From assembly GCA_002633005.1 (NCBI GenBank), contig NMRA01000622.1, positions 100,856-144,524 on the forward strand: DNA of 43,669 nt, given 5' to 3'. The notes under the pieces were generated by a model. The model was not told where the DNA came from, made no database searches, and saw only the letters and a program-made list of their open reading frames with translations. Numbering within the stretch: the first letter of the stretch is position 1; the number at the start of each line of letters is the position of its first letter. The DNA is from Phoronis australis (Eukaryota; Animalia; Phoronida). Position numbers and translations under genes: made by a program. Shown here piece after piece: positions 36,174 to 43,669 of this stretch.

Positions 36174-37889
36174 GATCGACTCGTGTGTGCTTGCTGTGCA
36201 CGAACTTAAAATCTTGCTTAATCTCAAGATCGCGAATGCGTGAACGTGGAATACACGAGTAAACTTTACAAGTTCATTCAAATAATCACGTTGACTTTGA
36301 TAAAAATGTGCACGGCACTAAATCCAATTACATGTTTATAAAATAACGTAGATTTTAATCAATCTTTTTCAACTATTCAGGCAATCGTTTTCATCAAACA
36401 ATATTTGATTTAACCATTCACATTCCTCCGATTCCTTGGCACAACATACAGTAAAGGAGAGATTGGGTGATGATGAAGCCAATAATTACAAAAATTCTTG
36501 ACACTGAACAAAAACGCGATTGCCCAAATGAATATTCAAGTCCAAGTTCACGCACACCCGATCTTGAGATTAAGCATGATTACAAGTTCACGCACAGAAT
36601 ATGCCTATGCGCAAATAAAATTTGGACAAGTATCGGCACTGATCTCAGGTGGCGCTGTCTTGGATACTAGGACATTTCTCATTGGGTTGTTCCATGCTGT
36701 CCACACATCACTGTAATTACCACCCTTCCAGTCGCTATATGCCGAAAACTATGAACAAAATGATTATCTACGCGTTTTCAACTGCGTGAAGATTATGCAT
36801 GCAGCAAAATTGTTTAAATCTCGAGCCATCCTAACAAAATTGGCTCGGCCGGAGCCCCCTCAATGATAGACCTGACTACAGGAGTTAATGAACGTGAATT
36901 TTATCTGTACTATATCATGTATTATTCTTTTTTATCATTTTTGCTTCATACATGTACGGCCATGATGAAAGTTCGAGATAGAGATCGACGAATGTTAACG
37001 ATTTGGCCCCTGCCAATACAGTACCAATTCACGTGGTGACTTCCTCGATATTCTGAATTCTGCTACTGGCCTTAAGAGGGAGCCCATGTCTATTTAGACG
37101 TAGTCTCTCATCGTAATGTTTCTGTGTTGAGTATCATTGGCATCAGTGAAGCATGAGTATCTTCATCTTACACTAGATTCTCCAGCTTATAACTGCGTAC
37201 TCCACTCTGGTAGCGATTGTCTGGACTGGTATTCATATAAAGTAGCTGTTTTTATACTATTTCCGTAGAGCTTAGGACTAAGACCACAGTACCAGTGGTT
37301 GATTTTGATCTTATCACTGGCCTGGGTCAATCAAAGCCCTTGTTTGCACAGATGTCTATGACACCTGAAAAAAGACATCACTGACAGAAAGTACACTCTA
37401 TGCGGTTTCTCAAAAATGAGGAAATTCAACAAAGCCATGTCCTTTTATCTTGCTACACTCACCGTGAAAAAATTTTGAGATGCCAAAATGACCAAAAAAG
37501 TGCTATTCTAGCCATATTTTACCTAAAATCACAAATTCACAAATGCCCCGCTGCAAGAAAAGAGACCATCATCCGAATTCTCTATTACTCTAGATTCCAG
37601 AAATTTAGGATAAAACATGTCATTACCGGCCAGATTTTTTACAATTTCCACTTGTCTGGAGGGTACCTGGATTCGCGCCAAGAATTCAAGATTCAACACG
37701 GATGTGCTCTCAGAATGGTGGCACTTACCGTATCATAGTAGACAAGAGCACAGTCCAAATTTCTGAACTCAATTTACTCAAAACAACTTCAATGAGCTAT
37801 TGAATACCATTTGTGGCAATCTCTGCCCGTTTAGTCCACAAAACTGCAGCCAAACCCGACCCACCCCATTTCATTAATTTTTCGGGGGA

Positions 37890-38760
37890 GCTACAAGGGC
37901 CTGTACCGTGTTCATAGACCTTGCACCCTCTCGTAAACTGGAAGCAATTTTAACGAGAACTCTCGCGTGTCAAGCAAATGCTCATCGACAACGGGCATTC
38001 TAATGCATTAATCGAATATTAAAGAATATCTGAAAATTTTCCAGTGAAGTTAATGCACGGTCAACAGGTGGCTCTAGTCAGAAGTTGTTTTATTTTATTC
38101 AGGTGCTTTCTTGTAAGGTACACTCACGAAAAGGCTGTTCTAAAAATTATTTATGACGATACCAACCTTAAAGTGCCCACTAACTATGTTGAACTTATTG
38201 TCTAATATAAGGACTCCAAAACACGACTTACGATGATATGTTTAACAGTCCTCGTGGTAAGGTTCGTACACTGAGCAAGACTAACGTGGTATATGAATTT
38301 TCTTGCCCTCGACCACGCCTGCGAATGTGTTCGTCTCAATAATTAACTTGAATGCCGTACTATTGGACATACTCAATGTACTCTGTCCCTTAGATTGTCT
38401 ATACATGTACGTCTTCAGAATGGAGCCCTAAATACCATTTTAAGTCCAAGCACGGTAAACTCACTCTTTTGATGTTTGAGCAACACACGCGAATTCTTTA
38501 TATTGAACGCGATAAACATCCCCTCCAATCGTTGAAGTCAATTGTAATCAAATTCCAGTCCCCTGTAATCAATTAGCAGGACATTGGATTTTTACGCGTT
38601 TTGCACTTTTTCAGGTTTACTGGTCGGAAGTACTTGTCATTGTGGGGTGTGATCGAGTCCTGATATCTATGATGTTTTCGTCGTGAGTGATCACTCCTTT
38701 GTGGATCTTACCTGAAGATGTACATGTTGTATCATGAGAGACGAAGTACGAATCATTCTA
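37890..38760 (+). mobile_element. Penelope-like retroelement relic: RT C-terminus, GIY-YIG endonuclease and 3' region
   Basis: Frameshifted ELSRVKQMLIDNGHSNALIE (37957), NVVYEFSCP (38283), IGHTQCTLSLRLSIH..LQNGA (38362), HTRILYIERDK, IKFQSPVIN*QDIGF. Confidence 0.85.
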
Positions 38761-39058
38761 TATTTTCTCGTCATGTGAATTGAATAGAAAGGCTGCAATA
38801 TTTACTTTTTGTTAGCTAATGAAGATTATGATTCATTCAGCCGTCCATGTATCTGGTTCCCGCAACATAAAGTTTTAACTACATGTAGGATATAAGTCCG
38901 GCTGAAATGTTCATAATTAGTCAGTTGACTTTTTGTGGTTTCCTCACTTCCACGAGCGTGGGTCAACTTTGACACGACAACTTTATTAATGCATATTCCT
39001 ATGTTGTTTGAAATGACAAAAATTTCAGTTCTTAATATGCAAGAACCAGCATGAGTTC

Positions 39059-39368
39059 AGCTTTCTTATTCGCGTTGAAGGGACAGTAAAATATATTATG
39101 AATTAAATTTACTATTAACGGGTGTCTATAAATGCTGTGCAGAGGCGTGTTTTGAAAGGTTTGGTGGAATTATTCAGAGTTGCGGAAAGTCAAGATCTAA
39201 GTTTAATTTTTTCTGAACGTGGAATTTCGAATGTTGTGGATACAGCTGGTTGATATTTCAGTGATAAAGTTATTGATTTGTGTCCTAAGTTCTTTCTTGT
39301 CAAATCGGAATTCATTGTGATTGATTGTTATACCTTCATCTTATTTCGATAAAATAGTCCACATAGCT
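39059..39368 (-). mobile_element. Penelope-like reverse transcriptase relic
   Basis: SYVDYF (cf. RYVDDI), INQLYPQHSKFH..LDF (cf. LNSLHPNIKFT..FLD), SIYRHP..LIHN..CP..KKA. Confidence 0.65.
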
Positions 39369-40090
39369 ATTGCTAATTAAATCAAGTAGATGCTGGAATG
39401 CCGAGCAGTTACCGAGGGAGAGAAATACAAAATTGTAAGAGTAGTAAAATAAAACTTCGAGCGTCGGTATCAAAATATAATTATATTTTAATTTTAGAAC
39501 CGACGCTCCTCGTTTTACTTATACTAGTTTTACTATTTTATATAGCTATTGCTGGTTTTGTAGTTTTTTCTGAAAGAAGCAGAACGTGGTATGCAATAGT
39601 CTGTCAGTGTTACGATTTTAGGTCAGGTGGCGCTACTATTCGTTTGTACTTGGACGTGTTGCTTATGTTGTTCATAAATTGTAGAAACATGTAATGACGT
39701 CCATAGTGCAGCTGGTAGTGCTTGTGAGATAATAATATGAGGGACACAAGACCATCAATTTATTATTATACAATTTGGGCAGATTGTGAAGTAATAAATT
39801 CACCGGTTGTCAATATTTCCGAGTCAAGTCAGGTTGATCTCGTGTTCCGCGAACAGAACATCATCCGCATAGAGTAATATAGTTACCAAAAATTATCAGA
39901 GTGGGTGGTTTTATAAATCTCCAGTCAATACTTAAACGTTGTTCATGGAATTTGATCCTTGGTAGCGCCAAGGTAGCCAACATCGCATCGTGTGTGTGAG
40001 TAGGGATTGCTATTTGGTTTATGGTTTGGCGAGCAGACCTCGGTGGGCGTGGGCTGGCGACGACAGGGGGAAGGAGCTAAATGTTGTATA

Positions 40091-40240
40091 GGCGGATCCA
40101 GAGGGGTGGGCTTAGGGCGTCCGGAACCCTTTGTTCCTTGATTTTAGTGATATAAAATCTAAAATTTTCAAATTGTTGACTTAGACCCCCTTTTAAAAAA
40201 TCCTTGATCTGACCCCCCTTTTAAAAAATCCTGGATCCGC
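40091..40240. mobile_element. Short MITE with GCGGATCCAG terminal inverted repeats
   Basis: ggcggatccag ... ctggatccgc; internal duplicated gacccccttttaaaaaatcct. Confidence 0.75.
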
Positions 40241-40769
40241 TACCGTGTTGGAAATTGGTTGTTGACTTGGTGATAATAAGGGGCACGGTTGCGCAACTTG
40301 TGATGACCTGGTTAAGGGGGTAAAATTGTGAAGTGGTGATGACCTTTCATTTCCAAAACTTTGCCTCAAGTTAAATGTTCAATTATATAGTTTAATGTTT
40401 AATGCACGTGAACGTCAACCGCTTCCAAAAGGACAAGTCAAGATTCCAACCTCATTATTATACTTTTGCATGTTTCAGAAATTCACTCCTCTACGTGCCC
40501 ATTGGCGTAGCCGGTCAGCTACAAGTTACCGAATGGTAGTTACGCCATCTAAAGTGATAAAAATAGAAATTCTGTCACCACGTATAACTACGACGCAGAC
40601 ACAAAGCTTTAAGTTCTCTGTGAAATGCTTTGTCGTCTAGAGCAAAATCGATAACATCACTGAGCTAAGTCTATTTGATCATCAGCAAGGCTGCCAGCAT
40701 ATTTGTGAACTCCCCTAATATGTATTTAATCACATGCATGCGCTAACCAGGATGTGATTTTCGACAACC

Positions 40770-41710
40770 GAGCACGTCATCAATAGCTCGCAGACCTGGT
40801 GTGACAATCAGCCACCAACGTTTCCACCGTAGAACATAGGTGAGCACATTTATTAGATAACTTTAGCTGCTCATGAACACAAAGCAGTGTTTCAATGACA
40901 TTACTTGGAATTGTTTTTATGCCGTCAATTTTTTATCCATATGGCAGCAACCTCACTCGTGATTTGTCATTTATCCAACTAGATTTATATAACCTTGAGC
41001 TGATCGGATGTCCGTGATTCGAAGTTTCTCTGAGATATCCATTGCTGTGGATTCTTCACAAGACAGTTTGCTTAATGGCTATGTTGAAAATTTACACGAA
41101 ATGCTTTTACTGAACGGATAGCGTTCATATTTTCTCTAGACAATGTGTTGGTCGATGCGGCGCTGCTGCCTTATAATCGCATGTCTCTGCATCCACGGTG
41201 CGACAGGTCACGGAGCGCATAAAATGTCTGAAGGTGTGAAAAACAAATTGAGCGACGACGCTCTTATCCACGATCAAGAGTGAGTATTTTTTTCAGATTT
41301 GCCATTGCTTGAGTGTCTTTTCCTCAATAGCAATACCGATGACATTTACACTCTTTCGATCGTCAAAAGTGGCGACCATTCAGGATTTTTATACTGTCAT
41401 GTAAGCTTTAGCAAGAAAAATGTTTATTTTAAACGAATTTGTGTCAGTTGTCTTCCCTTGATACTCAAACATGTGTAAATTGAAAAATCTTTCTACTGAG
41501 TTCTGTAAAAGGGACAGCAAAAGTGTCAGGATTAGCCAAAACATGTCGTTCTTTTTACACAATGGTAAAATCACGATCGTTTCTTGATAAAACATGCCAA
41601 ATATATAATAGCACAGAAAAACGTCGTAATAAATTTCTGAATATGATGATTTGTAATTTAGGATTTACACTAGATATCCTAAATTGCCAATACTGGGCCG
41701 AAAGCCTGTT
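40770..41710 (-). mobile_element. Very degenerate Penelope-like RT/endonuclease relic
   Basis: Collinear weak motifs FGPVLA, RRF.V..IFGMF, FKINIFLAKAY, MSS.KVI..CS.MFYGG..QVCE. Confidence 0.4.
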
Positions 41711-42647
41711 TATGAAGTAATGCACATGCATTCAACAGCTCCATTCCATAGGCGTCCTGAGCAGCTTCTGATCCACCCCAATACAATGTATGACACTCGG
41801 AAATAGTAATTCCACGGGTGCTTCACTTCAGTCGTCCATATCAAACACAAAACTCTGTTGTACAGACAAATCGGTGCTTAACTCATGTTCAAGAACTGCG
41901 AATCAGAAAATTGTGGTTGTGCCTTTTCGGAGAGCATTTTTCTACTGTGTCGCTGAATTTCATTTACGTTGAGGTCCTGTATGATTCACACAGGATGCAA
42001 AACATGAAAACCCGTTAAGTTGGCCAGATGTCAGTGCATTGTACATGTATGTTCTTCAAGAACGCGGCTATTAAACATTACTGCAGAAACGAAACTTTTG
42101 CTGTCACGTGACAAGGCTAAAAACTGTTCAGTGAGAATGTCGAGTTGCTCCGGAAGCTCCTGCTGGGCGGCATTATTGATCGTACACACGCCTTCTATAT
42201 ATTTTAGTATCAGTTAGAGCGTGCCTTGAGTGTAATAAATTATCATCATTTCATTATTTTCATGCAGGCATATCAAAGAACACTATGAAGGCGTTGCAGA
42301 AATAAACGAAACGTTATCTCACGAGGAAATGGAGTGGCACTTCTTCAGGTATTGTTTGCGTACAATTGTTACGAATTGTGAGTTTGGAATGGCAGCGACA
42401 GACAGTGCGTACGGAACTGCACTTTGTCAAAAACGTTGCCATACCTCGTTCGCAAATTTTTGTGACTACATAGCCCCGGGGAGATGGTAAAAAGGTGACG
42501 ATGGCCTGTTAGCCTAAGGGCTGGACACTTAACCCGCGGTGATGATCCGATTGGGGGAGGATTGGTACCCGCTGGTGGGAACCCGAAAATCCAAAGTAGA
42601 TCTTGAGAGCCTTATGGTGACGCAGGCAACTCAGTCACACATGGGTC

Positions 42648-42740
42648 CATAATACACACCGAGGCATCTAACAACACACTGAAGTCCTTAACAACACACT
42701 GGGGTCCCTAACAACAACCTGGAGTAATTAGCAACACACT
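42648..42740 (+). repeat. 20-bp tandem repeat (taacaacacactg..gtcc), ~5 copies
   Basis: Directly visible. Confidence 0.8.
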
Positions 42741-42777
42741 TGCTCACAAGAACAGTATCGTACAGAATGATGTCTAA

Positions 42778-43000
42778 ACTCAAACAAGCCCCCCATTTGA
42801 CGAAGCGGGGAAAACTTAAGGTCCACCTCAAAGAAACAAAAAGTCCGAAGAAAGTAGAAAACGAGACAAAAGTCCACTAAAATGGCAGGAATTTGGTGGA
42901 TGCGCAATTCACAGCTCTGAACGTACCCCTCCTTTTTTAGTAAAAGGTCCACATTGTCAAAAATTCGAGCCCACATACTTTTTAGGCTGGGTGCGCACAT
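42778..43000 (+). repeat. Dispersed repeat family B, copy 3
   Basis: Aligns with 12920-13151. Confidence 0.8.
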
Positions 43001-43496
43001 GGTTTATGTTCTTTATGTAAATAACGCTCTGGTCAAAAGTGGTTATCAATTCATAATAATGCGACCAAGAATCAGTCAAATGCCTACAGATATATGTACA
43101 TGTACTTGTAAGCTAGTCTACATGTCTCCCCTCAAAGCGGCCAGTGCAGTCGATGCAGGGCTGAGGGTATCCTTCATTTATATTGTTTCGTTAGATACTT
43201 TGACGTGTTTGTTTAATATGTCTACGTCACGTGCATCTGGAAAAATGCAATATGTTTAAATAATGTTGCCATACGTAGGCAACACGACGTGGACAACAAC
43301 ACCAAACTAGACGGGCTAGAGATACTACAGTTATTCTCACACGTGGTGGACCAGCATCAGGTTGAGAAGGGAAAAGACTCGGGAATAGGAAGTATGCAAT
43401 GGAAAGTAGGTAAGCACGTTCTCGTAGTAGGTACGAACATCAGCTGGTCATCTCATTATAGATCGTATAGTTAGGCGCCATTAATGCCTCCAGTGC

Positions 43497-43669
43497 CAGA
43501 GGCCCATCTACAGGGGGGGTTCAGGGGGTTTAAACCCCCTCCCCCTCGGGCCAGGACCCAAAAATTAAAAAAAAAAAAAAAACGTCTCCAGCAAAACAAC
43601 AACGGCACCGCCAGCGTGTGTAAACCCCGAGTAAACCAACTTGGAAAAAATGAGAGGAGGGGGGGGGGG
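43497..43669 (+). repeat. Left end of a G/C-rich MITE-like repeat, truncated by the window edge
   Basis: cagaggcccatctacagggggggttcagggggtttaaaccccct..ccc followed by poly-A. Confidence 0.45.

Noticed and set aside
36174-36281. Longer N-terminus for the ADH from the ORF track
   Set aside because: The extension has no in-frame ATG start and no MDR similarity; ATG 36173 gives a normal-length protein.
42500-42600. tRNA-derived SINE head (tagcctaaggg as A-box)
   Set aside because: No convincing B-box or cloverleaf.

Overview
AT-rich, intron-containing animal genomic DNA, probably a bilaterian invertebrate; it is not prokaryotic and the species cannot be determined. I assembled two spliced genes by hand, both on the minus strand. 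(1) A complete 10-exon, 372-aa zinc-dependent medium-chain alcohol dehydrogenase (36173->26888), with all Zn ligands and a GAGGLG Rossmann motif. (2) The first three coding exons of an SLC5 sodium/solute symporter most like SMIT1/SGLT (16503->4160), continuing off the left edge. The rest is intron and intergenic DNA dense in repeats. These include a palindrome-bearing ~171/~355-bp higher-order satellite joined to a 20-21-bp palindrome array, Helentron/HINE-like modules carrying co-oriented CTCF-like motifs, and a decayed THAP-domain element. There are also a piggyBac transposase relic, up to three Penelope-like retroelement relics (one with a degenerate hammerhead core), several MITEs (one nested in a foldback element) and a ~1-kb duplication starting at an assembly N. 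Most ORFs in the supplied track are spurious. I found no convincing new multi-gene system; the best leads are the palindrome satellite, the CTCF-motif repeat and the bacterial-type ADH subfamily.
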